Of a DNA stretch of 46,699 bases, positions 36,541 through 44,927 are shown one piece after another (within the stretch, counting starts at the first letter, position 1; each line of letters starts with the position of its first letter). Under the pieces are notes generated by a model. That model was not told where the DNA came from, made no database searches, and saw nothing but the letters and a program-made list of their open reading frames with translations. The stretch is from positions 1-46,699 of the forward strand of contig JAYZQJ010000249.1 of NCBI GenBank assembly GCA_036149055.1, in the 5' to 3' direction. The position numbers and the translations under genes are program-made. The stretch is from Myxococcota bacterium (lineage in GTDB: Bacteria > Myxococcota_A > Polyangia > Polyangiales > Sandaracinaceae).

Positions 36541-37092
36541 ATGGGCCGCATCATCGCGCTGACCGCCGCGCTGCTCGCCGCCTGCGGCGGGGACTCACGC
36601 CCCGCCGCCGACGACGGCACCCCGATCGGCATGAGCGATCCCTCGAGCGGCGCCGAGGCCGAGGCCACGCCCGCGGTCGAGGGCTCGGTGGAGCTGGCGC
36701 TGCGTCGCCCCGACGGGTCCTTCATCGACATCGGCGAGCTCCGCGGCCGGGAGGTCCTGCTCTTCCTCTTCGCGACCTTCGACGCCCCCAGCCAGATGAT
36801 GCTCCGCCCGCTCGAGGCCTTTCAGCGCGCGCACCCCGAGGTCGTCGTGCTCGGCGTCGCGGCCCAGCCCGACGCGCGGCTGCTGGTCGACGCCTACGTG
36901 CACGCGCTCAGCCCGCCCTTCCCCATCACCTACGACCCCGAAGAGGCGCTCCCCGCCGATCCCGAGGTCCTCGGCCCCATCGAGGCGATCCCCGCCGTCG
37001 TCCTGCTCGACGCCCGCGGCGTCGTCGTCAGCCGCCGCTACGGCTACCTCGAGACCGCCGACCTCGAGGCCATGCTCTCCGCCTCGCGGTGA
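36541..37092 (+). CDS. Thioredoxin-fold (TlpA/ResA-like) lipoprotein lacking CxxC
   Basis: Lipobox LAAC. ELRGREVLLFLFATFDAPS at the WATWCxxC position, AIPAVVLLDARG cis-Pro region. Confidence 0.75.
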   Translation: MGRIIALTAALLAACGGDSRPAADDGTPIGMSDPSSGAEAEATPAVEGSVELALRRPDGSFIDIGELRGREVLLFLFATFDAPSQMMLRPLEAFQRAHPEVVVLGVAAQPDARLLVDAYVHALSPPFPITYDPEEALPADPEVLGPIEAIPAVVLLDARGVVVSRRYGYLETADLEAMLSASR

Positions 37093-37114
37093 CGCCACCG
37101 GCGACGGCAGTTTT

Positions 37115-37261
37115 TCTCTCGCAGAGCCGCAGAGACGCAGAGCTGGCGTCGGGATGGAGGCTCGCCCGGCCTCGCGCAGACGGCGCGGCCGCCGCGCGCT
37201 CGGCACCCGGCGGCCTCGGACCACCCCGCAGCCCTCTGCGTCTCTGCGCCTCTGCGTGAGA
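37115..37261. repeat. Palindromic intergenic element with 28-nt inverted arms
   Basis: TCTCTCGCAGAGCCGCAGAGACGCAGAG (37115-42) and CTCTGCGTCTCTGCGCCTCTGCGTGAGA (37234-61), 26/28 complementary, between convergent genes. Confidence 0.9.
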
Positions 37262-37274
37262 CTGGGTCGATAGA

Positions 37275-39044
37275 TCAAGCGCGGGGGAGGTAGAGGCCCT
37301 GCTCGCGCCAGAGCTCGCCGAGGGCGTCGCCGAAGCGGGCCGCGACGAGGCGCTCGACGTCGTCGGCGCCGTCGAGATCCAGCGCCTCGCGCGCGACCTC
37401 CTCGCAGGCGCTGCGCTCGATGCGGCTCACCACCTCGCGCACGAGCGGGATGGCGACCATGGGCATCGACAGGCGCTCGAAGCCGAGGCCGATGAGCACC
37501 GGCACCGCGGCCGGATCGGCGGCGAGGTCGCCGCACACGCTGATCGGGAGCCCCGCCTCGGCCGCCGACGCGCGGGCCTGCGACAGCATGCGGAGGATCG
37601 CCGGGTCCAGCGGCCGCGCGAGGTGCGCGACCCGGGGATCGAAGCGATCCACCGCGAGCGTGTACTGCGTGAGATCGTTGGTCCCGATGCTGAAGAAGTC
37701 GCACTCCTTGGCGAGGCGGTCGGCCACCAGGATCGCGGACGGGACCTCGAGCATCGAGCCGATCGCCACCGGCCCGTAGGCCGCGCCCTCCGCCTCGAGA
37801 TCTTCGCGGGCCCGCTCCAGCAGCACCTTGGCCCGGCGCAGGTCGCCCACGCTCGAGACCATGGGGAACATCACCTGCACGTTCCCCTCGACCGAGGCCC
37901 GGAGCAGCGCCCGCAGCTGGGTCACGAGCAGCTCCGGCCGCTCGAAGGCGACCCGGAGCGCGCGCAGGCCGAGCGCCGGGTTGGGCCCGCGCCGCATGCC
38001 GTGCGGCATCTTGTCGGCGCCGAGGTCGAAGGTCCGGAAGATCACCGGCTGCGGCGCGATGCGGCGGGCCACCCGCCGGTAGATCGCGGCCTGCTCCTCC
38101 TCGGCCGGCGCCTCGTCCCGGTCGAGGTAGAGGTACTCGGTGCGGTAGAGCCCGATCCCGTCGGCGCCCTCCCCCTTCGCGTGCGGCACGTCGAGCTCGA
38201 GCTCCACGTTGGCCAGCAAGGAGACCCGGAGCCCGTCGATCGTCTCGGCCGCGCTCCGCTCCGAGTCGCGCAGCCGGCCCTTGAAGGCGCGGAACCGGTC
38301 GGCGCGCTCGCGGGCCTCCTCCTGCTCCTCTTCGTCGGGGAAGATCACCACCTCGCCCCGGAGCGCGTCGACGACGAGGGTGTCGCCCGGGCCCACGAGG
38401 CGGGTCACGTCGGTGACGCCGACCACGGCGGGGATCTGGAGCGCGCGGGCGAGGATGGCGGTGTGGCTGCTGGCGCTGCCGCCGTCGGTGACGAGGGCCC
38501 GGACGTCCATCGTCGACAGCTGCGCCGCCTCGGCCGGGCTCAGGTCGGTGGCCACCAGGATCGCGCCGGGCTCGAGGTGCGGCAGCGCGCGCGGCGCCCC
38601 GGTGAGCACGCGCAGCACGTGCTCGCCGACCATCGAGACGTCGTCGGCGCGCTCCCGGAAGTAGGGAGAGGGCGAGGCGCGCAGCTTGGCCCGCATCGCG
38701 TCCACCGTGCGGCGGAGCGCCCACTCGGCGTTGAGCTGGTGATCCTCGATAGAGGCCCGGGCGCCCGACAGCAGCAGCTCGTCGCCGTGCATCATCAGCT
38801 GCGTCTCGAGCAGGAGCCGGTGGTCCGCGCCCGCGTCCTCGGGCAAGGCGTCGCGCACCTCCTCCACCTCGCGGCGCGCGTCCTCGATGGCCCGCTCGAG
38901 CCGCTCGACCTCGGCCGGCACCGCGTCCTCGGAGATGCGGCGGCGTGGGACCGGGACGCTGCGGCGGTCGTATACGGTGACCGGGCCGATCGCGACGCCG
39001 GGCGAGGCGCCGATGCCGAGCAGCGCCTGCCGCTCGAGCTTCAC
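37275..39044 (-). CDS. ptsI: PEP-protein phosphotransferase (PTS enzyme I)
   Basis: GIGASPGVAIG, SHTAILARAL (phospho-His), GIGLYRTEYL, RTFDLGADK, NPALGLRA, FSIGTNDLTQY, VCGD. Confidence 0.96.
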   Translation of the reverse strand: MKLERQALLGIGASPGVAIGPVTVYDRRSVPVPRRRISEDAVPAEVERLERAIEDARREVEEVRDALPEDAGADHRLLLETQLMMHGDELLLSGARASIEDHQLNAEWALRRTVDAMRAKLRASPSPYFRERADDVSMVGEHVLRVLTGAPRALPHLEPGAILVATDLSPAEAAQLSTMDVRALVTDGGSASSHTAILARALQIPAVVGVTDVTRLVGPGDTLVVDALRGEVVIFPDEEEQEEARERADRFRAFKGRLRDSERSAAETIDGLRVSLLANVELELDVPHAKGEGADGIGLYRTEYLYLDRDEAPAEEEQAAIYRRVARRIAPQPVIFRTFDLGADKMPHGMRRGPNPALGLRALRVAFERPELLVTQLRALLRASVEGNVQVMFPMVSSVGDLRRAKVLLERAREDLEAEGAAYGPVAIGSMLEVPSAILVADRLAKECDFFSIGTNDLTQYTLAVDRFDPRVAHLARPLDPAILRMLSQARASAAEAGLPISVCGDLAADPAAVPVLIGLGFERLSMPMVAIPLVREVVSRIERSACEEVAREALDLDGADDVERLVAARFGDALGELWREQGLYLPRA

Positions 39045-39310
39045 TTGTCCTCCCCGAAGCGGCTCGCGATCAGGGCGCCGATCGCGTCGACCGCCGCGTC
39101 GGCGTCGCTCCCGTCGGCGTGCACGGTGACCTGTGTGCCCTTGGCGCCGCAGAGGAGGAGCACGCCCATGACGCTCTTGGCGTTGGCGCGCTGACCGTCC
39201 TTCTCGAGCTCCACCCGCGCGTCGAACCGGCTCGCGAGCTGTACGAGCTTGGTGGCGGCCCGCGCGTGCAGCCCCAGCTCGTTGACGATCTCGAACGTGC
39301 CGTCCGCCAT
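39041..39310 (-). CDS. ptsH: Phosphocarrier protein HPr
   Basis: GLHARAA (His15) and NAKSVMGVL (Ser46). Confidence 0.97.
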   Translation of the reverse strand: MADGTFEIVNELGLHARAATKLVQLASRFDARVELEKDGQRANAKSVMGVLLLCGAKGTQVTVHADGSDADAAVDAIGALIASRFGEDK

Positions 39311-40185
39311 CAGCGCTCGACGTCCCGATGATCGACCACCGCGTCGCGCCCGCCCTCGCGGAGCCAGCGGCCCAGCTCCTCGGCGACCGCGACCGAGCGG
39401 TGTCGGCCGCCGGTGCAGCCCACCGCGATCGTCAGGTAGGCCTTCCCCTCCTGCTCGTAGCGCGGGACGGTGTGCCCGAGGAGCGTCTTCACGTCGGCGA
39501 GCAGCTCCTTGGTCGGCTCGGCGCTCAGCACGTACTCGGCGACGTCCGCCTCGCGCCCGGTGCGCGGCTTGAGGTGGGGCACGAAGTGCGGGTTCGGCAG
39601 GAACCGCAGGTCGAACACGAGATCGGCGTCGACCGGGAGGCCGTACTTGAAGCCGAACGAGACCACGCGGATGGCCATGCGCGGCTTGCTGCCGCCCCGC
39701 GCGATGTAGTCGATGAGGTTGCGCCGGAGGTCGTGCACCGAGGTGCTGGTGGTGTCGAAGACGTGGCGCGCGCGCTTGCGGAGCGCGGCCAGCCGCTCGC
39801 GCTCGGCCTTGATGCCGGCGAGCACGTCCGCGCCCGGCGCGAGGGGGTGCGGGCGGCGGGTCTCGCTGAAGCGCCGCACGAGCACCTCGTCGGCGCAGTC
39901 GAGGAAGATCACCTCGGTCTCGTGGCCGAGCGCCTCGAGCTCCTGGAAGGTGGTCTCCGCCCCCTCGAGAAAGGTCCCCGTCCGCACGTCGACGCCGAAG
40001 CCGACCCGGGACAGCTCGCCCTCGAGCAGCTGCACCAGCTGGGGCGCGAGCGCCGGCGGCAGGTTGTCGACGCAGAAGTAGCCGAGGTCCTCGAGGACAC
40101 GGAGCGCGCTCGAGCGACCCGCGCCGCTCATCCCGGTGACCACGACGATGTGCAGGCCTTCGCTCACCCCTCGGAGTGTAGTCAC
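39310..40185 (-). CDS. rapZ: RNase adapter RapZ (YvcJ/YhbJ)
   Basis: VTGMSGAGRS, GYFCVDNLP, RFSETRRPHPL, SFGFKYG, RFLPNPH, GCTGGRHRSV. Start could be a few codons downstream. Confidence 0.96.
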   Translation of the reverse strand: MTTLRGVSEGLHIVVVTGMSGAGRSSALRVLEDLGYFCVDNLPPALAPQLVQLLEGELSRVGFGVDVRTGTFLEGAETTFQELEALGHETEVIFLDCADEVLVRRFSETRRPHPLAPGADVLAGIKAERERLAALRKRARHVFDTTSTSVHDLRRNLIDYIARGGSKPRMAIRVVSFGFKYGLPVDADLVFDLRFLPNPHFVPHLKPRTGREADVAEYVLSAEPTKELLADVKTLLGHTVPRYEQEGKAYLTIAVGCTGGRHRSVAVAEELGRWLREGGRDAVVDHRDVER

Positions 40186-41231
40186 CGCCTCCCCCCTCCG
40201 AGCAACACCCTCGACAGCTCCGCGAGGTGTCGGGCCGGGACGTCGCCGTGACGGACCGGCGAGCGGGCGACGACGACCCGGTGCGCGAGCACCGCCTCGG
40301 CCGGTGACTCCGGGTCGACCGAGACCGCGTCCGCGCCGAGGGCCTGCCGCGCCCGGCGGGCCAGCATCGCGCTCTGGCTCGCCGTCCGACCGCCCCCGGT
40401 GTGCAGCGAGATCAGCCGCCGCTCCGGCGCCGCCGCCGCCCAGTCCGCGAAGGGCTGGAAGCCGCGGTAGAGCGCATCGAAGAGCACCACGCTCCGCACC
40501 TCGACCCCGCCGCGGGCCAGGATCGCGAGCGCGGTCTCGAAGCCGGCGCTGTGCGCGGCCAGGGTGATCGAGGCGGGCTCCGGCAGCGCCAGCGAGGCGC
40601 GCAGCTCGCCCAGCCAGGCGCGGAACCGTCCCTCCTCGGAGAAGCGACCGGGGCTGCCGTCCCGCTCGAGGAAGGCCAGCTGGGCCACGACGAAGATCGC
40701 GTCGACCTCCGCCTCGTCGAAGCGCCCCGCGAGATCCCAGCCCTCGAGGGTCGTCCCGCCGCCGCGCTGCGGCCCGGAGAGCGCGAGCGCCGACGCGCAG
40801 CCCCGCCAGCCGTGCAGGAAGACCACCACATGCAGCGGCCCGGTGCCGTCATAGCTGGCCGGCGCGCGCACGATCGCGGAGGGGACGTCGTCGCGCGGAA
40901 ACGGCGCGTGCTCGAGCGTCCGGCGGACGATCCAAGGCCCCGCCCCGATCGTCTGCCCCGCACCCGCACGGTGCCCCTGCCCCGCCCCGTGCCCCTGCCC
41001 GTGCCCGTGCCCGCGAGACGCCGAGTCCGAGTCCGAGTCCGAGTGCGAGTCCGAGTCCGAGTCCGAGTCCGAGTCCGAATCCGAATCCGAGTCCGAAGCC
41101 GAGACCGAGTCCGAATCCGAGTCCGAGTCCGAATCCGACTGGGCGACGCTCTCGGGCGGGGACGGGGGCTCCTCGGCGTGACCGCAGCCGGCGAGCAGGA
41201 ACGACAGCAGGGACAGGGCGCGGAGTGCCAC
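40182..41231 (-). CDS. Alpha/beta-hydrolase-like lipoprotein with Ser-Asp repeat linker
   Basis: GTG 41231, lipobox LAGC, (SD)n tract. VVVFLHGW, AAHSAG nucleophile elbow, LFDALY and VRHGDVP. Confidence 0.75.
   Translation of the reverse strand: MALRALSLLSFLLAGCGHAEEPPSPPESVAQSDSDSDSDSDSVSASDSDSDSDSDSDSDSDSHSDSDSDSASRGHGHGQGHGAGQGHRAGAGQTIGAGPWIVRRTLEHAPFPRDDVPSAIVRAPASYDGTGPLHVVVFLHGWRGCASALALSGPQRGGGTTLEGWDLAGRFDEAEVDAIFVVAQLAFLERDGSPGRFSEEGRFRAWLGELRASLALPEPASITLAAHSAGFETALAILARGGVEVRSVVLFDALYRGFQPFADWAAAAPERRLISLHTGGGRTASQSAMLARRARQALGADAVSVDPESPAEAVLAHRVVVARSPVRHGDVPARHLAELSRVLLGGGRR
41021..41138. repeat. Hexanucleotide tandem repeat (CCGAGT/CCGAAT)n, about 19-20 units, in frame
   Basis: Directly visible; encodes SDSDSD on the minus strand. 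Confidence 0.95.
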
Positions 41232-41351
41232 GGAGGAGCTGTAGCAGCGTGCGGCGAAGATGCGCGTAATGGATCGTCGAGCGCGGCGTCCCGCCGAGGC
41301 GGCGCGCGCAGCCATCTTCGCCGCGCGCGGCTCGCGGGGTATCGTACGGAC

Positions 41352-42329
41352 GTGGCCGCTCTGGACAGCTTGCCGCCCCCCGCGCCGCCGACCACCGTGC
41401 GCGCGCTCCTCGCCCGGGAGGGGGTCGGGGTCATCACCCGGATCGTCGCCGGGGACGACGGGCTCGACCGACCGATCGAGCACCCGCGCATCCAGAAGTC
41501 GGGGCTGGTGCTCGCGGGGCACAGCCACGGCATCGTGCCGACCCGGGTGCAGATCCTCGGAGAGACCGAGATCAGCTTCCTCGAGACCCTGCCGCCGGAC
41601 GTCTGCGCCGAGCGCGTCGCCGGCTTCTTCGCGCTGGGGCTGAGCTGCGTCGTCGTGACCCGCGGCGTCGAGCCGCCTAGCGCGCTCGCCGAGCAGGCGC
41701 GCGAGACCGGCACCCCGCTCGTGGTCGCCGCGCCCCGCTCGAGCGCGACCATCGCCGCGATCCATCAGGCGCTCGATCGGCTGCTCGCGCCCAAGGAGCA
41801 GCGGCACGGGGTCATGGTCGAGGTGCACGGCATCGGCACGCTCCTGCTCGGGCCGAGCGGGATCGGCAAGAGCGAGTGCGCCCTCTTCCTCGTCGAGCGC
41901 GGCCATCGGCTGGTGGCCGACGACCAGGTCCACCTCACCCGGCTGCCCAACAACCAGGTCACCGCGGCCCCCGCGCCGCTCCTCAAGCATCACCTGGAGA
42001 TCCGCGGCCTCGGCATCCTCAACGTGCGCGATCTCTTCGGGGCCACCAGCGTCTGGGACGAGGCGGTCGTCGATCTGGTGGCCGAGCTCTGCCCCTGGGA
42101 CGAGGAGGAGGAGTACGAGCGGCTCGGGCTCGACGAGCTGACCGAGACGATCCTCGGCGTCGAGCTGCCCAAGCTGCGCATCCCCGTGCGGCCCGGCCGG
42201 GACATGGGCGTCATCCTCGAGGTCGCGGCCCGCAACGAGCTGCTCAAGGAGGCGGGGCACCACTCCGCCCGCGACTTCGCCCGGCGCCTCTCGCGTCAGC
42301 TCGGCTTGAGAGACCCGGACGCGGTCTGA
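41352..42329 (+). CDS. hprK: HPr kinase/phosphorylase
   Basis: IQKSGLVLAG, RVQILGETE, HGVMVEVHGIG, GPSGIGKSECAL (Walker A), GHRLVADD, LEIRGLGI, IPVRPGR. Confidence 0.96.
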   Translation: MAALDSLPPPAPPTTVRALLAREGVGVITRIVAGDDGLDRPIEHPRIQKSGLVLAGHSHGIVPTRVQILGETEISFLETLPPDVCAERVAGFFALGLSCVVVTRGVEPPSALAEQARETGTPLVVAAPRSSATIAAIHQALDRLLAPKEQRHGVMVEVHGIGTLLLGPSGIGKSECALFLVERGHRLVADDQVHLTRLPNNQVTAAPAPLLKHHLEIRGLGILNVRDLFGATSVWDEAVVDLVAELCPWDEEEEYERLGLDELTETILGVELPKLRIPVRPGRDMGVILEVAARNELLKEAGHHSARDFARRLSRQLGLRDPDAV

Positions 42330-42800
42330 TCAGGAGCGCCGCTCGTCCTCTTCGATCAGGAGATCGAAGGCGGCGCGGGCGTCGGGCGCGGCCAGGAGCT
42401 TCTGCCGGACGATCCCGTTGCGGAGGAGCTTGGAGAAGCGGGCGAGCGCCTTGAGGTGCTCGCCCGTCTGACGCTCCGGCCCGAGCACCGCGACGAGGAT
42501 GTGCGCCGGGCGCCCGTCGATGGCCTCGAACTCGACGCCCGCCTTCGAGAGCCCCACGGCGGCCACCAGGCTCGGGACCGACGACAGCCGGCCGTGGGGG
42601 ATGGCGACGCCGCTCCCGACCCCGGTGCTCGCGAGGGACTCCCGCTCCTCGAAGACCCGCACCACCTCGTCGCGATCGAGCTCGACGTCGGTCACCCCCT
42701 CGACGAAGAGGTCGGCGAGCTCGGCGAGCGCGTCCGCCTTGCTCGTCGCGGCGAGCGCGACGGTGACCCTCTCGACGGTCAGGATGCCTTTGAGGCGCAC
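42330..42800 (-). CDS. ptsN: PTS EIIA (Ntr-type)
   Basis: ERESLASTGVGSGVAIPHGR (phospho-His), FEAIDGRP, HLKALA; downstream of rpoN-hpf. Confidence 0.93.
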   Translation of the reverse strand: MRLKGILTVERVTVALAATSKADALAELADLFVEGVTDVELDRDEVVRVFEERESLASTGVGSGVAIPHGRLSSVPSLVAAVGLSKAGVEFEAIDGRPAHILVAVLGPERQTGEHLKALARFSKLLRNGIVRQKLLAAPDARAAFDLLIEEDERRS

Positions 42801-42900
42801 GCGATTGCTCCACGAGGGGCGACGGCGACGCCCGATGCGACGCCCAGGGCGCGGGTACCGCAGAACGGCCGCCCTTTCAACTTCGATCCCGGACGGCGCG

Positions 42901-43245
42901 CTACCGCGGCACCGGGCCGCGCTTGCCGCTCAGCTGCGACACGCCGCCGGAGCTCTTGACGCGAGCGGTCGCGGCGTCCTTGGCGTCGCGGACCTGCCGG
43001 TCGACCTTGTCCACCACGAGATCGATCGAGGCGTACATGTCCTCGGACTCGACGGTGGCGGCGTAGCGCTCGCCCTCGGCCCGCACCGACAGCTCCACGG
43101 TGTGGAGGTGCCGCTCGATGGACAGGATCACGTCCGCTTCGAGTGGGGACCGCAAGTACTTCTGCATCTTCCCGATCTTCTCTCGGGCGTATCCCTTGAC
43201 GGCCTCCGACGACTCGACGTTGCGGAACGTGAAGCTGATCTGCAT
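42901..43245 (-). CDS. hpf: Ribosome hibernation promoting factor (short HPF/RaiA)
   Basis: MQISFTFRNVESSEAVKGYA..EDMYASIDLVVDKVDRQV; immediately after rpoN. Confidence 0.93.
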   Translation of the reverse strand: MQISFTFRNVESSEAVKGYAREKIGKMQKYLRSPLEADVILSIERHLHTVELSVRAEGERYAATVESEDMYASIDLVVDKVDRQVRDAKDAATARVKSSGGVSQLSGKRGPVPR

Positions 43246-43261
43246 CGAACGCGACCTCCCT

Positions 43262-44746
43262 CTAGAAGTACTTCTTTCGCTTGGACGAGCTGAGGATACC
43301 GAGCATCTCGCGGTACTTGGCGACCGTTCGCCGCGCGATCTTGATGTCGCGCTGAGCGAGGATCTCCACGATCTTCTGATCGCTGTACGGGTTCTGCGAG
43401 TCCTCGGCGTCGATGATCTTCTTGATGGCCTGCTTCACCGCCTCCGAGGCGATGTCCTCCTTCGCGCCCTCCCGCTTGATGGCGCTGTTGAAGAAGAACT
43501 TCAGCTCGTAGACGCCGCGCGGCGTGGCGACGTACTTGTTGCTCGTGACGCGGCTGATCGTCGACTCGTGCATGCCGACCGACTCGGCGACGTCACGGAG
43601 GATCATCGGCTTGAGGTGCTCGATGCCCTTGTCGAAGAAGTCGCGCTGCTTCTCGACGATGCACTCGGTGACCTTGACGATGGTCTTGCGGCGCTGGTCG
43701 ATGCTGCGGATGAGCCACTGCGCGCTGCGCAGCTTGTTCTGGATGTACTCCTTGGCCTTCGGATCGCCGGCCATCGCGGAGCGATAGAAGCCGCTGATCT
43801 TCAACTTCGGCATGCCGTCGTCGTTCGCCACCACGAAGTACTCGTCGCCGACCTTGTGCACGTGCACGTCCGGGACGATGTAACGCGGCTCCTCGGTGAT
43901 GTAGTTCCGACCGGGCCGCGGCTCGAGCTCGGCGATGACCTGCGCGACGTCGTAGATCTCCTCCACGGGGACGTCGAGGTCCTTGGCGATCGCCTGGTAG
44001 TTCTTGCGCTCGAGGTTGTCGAGGTGCTCGTCGATGACCTTCATCGTGAGCTCGTCCATGCCGAAGTGCTCGGCCTGGACGTGCAGGCACTCCTGCAGGG
44101 TCCGCGTCGCGACCCCGAGCGGGTCCATCTTCTGGATGATCTTGAGGACCTCTTCGGCGTCCTCGGGGTGGAGATCCGACTCGTCTGCGAGCTTCGGGAC
44201 CACCTCCTCCGGCGGCACGCCCTCCATCTTGAGCATGCCGGAGTCGTCGAGGTTGCCGAGCACCAGCGCCGCGAAGCGCATCTCGTCCTCGACCAGGTCG
44301 CTCATCCGGACCTGCCACCACATGTGATCGACGAGGTCCTCCCCGTCGCTCAGCGTGGCCTCGTAGCCGGGCAGCTCGTCCTCGTTGCCGCGGCGGAAGG
44401 AGGGCATCGGCGCCTGGAGCGAGTGGTTCTCCAGGTAGCGCTCCCAGTCGATCTCGTCGGCCTTCTTCTCGGTCTCCTTGCCGACCTCGCCCTTCACCTT
44501 GTCGTCCTGCGCGACCTGCTTGTCGATCGTCGAGACCTCGACCCGGTCGTCGCCGTTGACGGTGCCGTCACGGTCGGTCGTCTCGCCGGTCTCGTGCTGG
44601 TCCTCGAGCACCGGGTTCTCGAGCATCTCCTCGCGGACGAGGGTCTCCAGCTCGAGCCGGGACATCTGGAGCAGCTTGATGGCCTGCTGCAGCTGCGGCG
44701 TCATGACGAGCTGCTGCGACAGTCGTAGCTGCTGCTTGATCTCCAT
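43262..44746 (-). CDS. rpoN: RNA polymerase sigma-54 factor
   Basis: QQLVMTPQLQQAIKLLQMS, MHESTISRVT and the RpoN box ARRTVAKYRE. Confidence 0.99.
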   Translation of the reverse strand: MEIKQQLRLSQQLVMTPQLQQAIKLLQMSRLELETLVREEMLENPVLEDQHETGETTDRDGTVNGDDRVEVSTIDKQVAQDDKVKGEVGKETEKKADEIDWERYLENHSLQAPMPSFRRGNEDELPGYEATLSDGEDLVDHMWWQVRMSDLVEDEMRFAALVLGNLDDSGMLKMEGVPPEEVVPKLADESDLHPEDAEEVLKIIQKMDPLGVATRTLQECLHVQAEHFGMDELTMKVIDEHLDNLERKNYQAIAKDLDVPVEEIYDVAQVIAELEPRPGRNYITEEPRYIVPDVHVHKVGDEYFVVANDDGMPKLKISGFYRSAMAGDPKAKEYIQNKLRSAQWLIRSIDQRRKTIVKVTECIVEKQRDFFDKGIEHLKPMILRDVAESVGMHESTISRVTSNKYVATPRGVYELKFFFNSAIKREGAKEDIASEAVKQAIKKIIDAEDSQNPYSDQKIVEILAQRDIKIARRTVAKYREMLGILSSSKRKKYF

Positions 44747-44802
44747 CGGGTCTCCTGGTTTCGGGGATGGGTCGCGCCGTCGGTGTCACGCGACGCCGGT
44801 CC

Positions 44803-44851
44803 AGTATAATGGGGGATGGCGACCTTGGGAACCGATATTGCATATCGATTC
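44803..44851 (-). promoter_or_regulatory. Putative sigma70 promoter of rpoN with overlapping palindromic operator
   Basis: Minus strand TTCCCA (44831-26), 17 nt spacer, TATACT (44808-03). Dyad GAACCGATAT-TGC-ATATCGATTC at 44829-44851. Confidence 0.55.
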
Positions 44852-44927
44852 TCGAGAAGTGGCCTCGGGTCCCCCTCTTCGCGTCGGCGGAGCTAGCCCC
44901 GATCGGAGGATTCGCGAGCGCGGGCGG

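Noticed and set aside
40401..41351. N-terminal extension of HprK with (RV)n repeats, as in the 642-aa ORF
   Set aside because: This is the antisense reading of the SD microsatellite; HprK similarity starts only near 41352.
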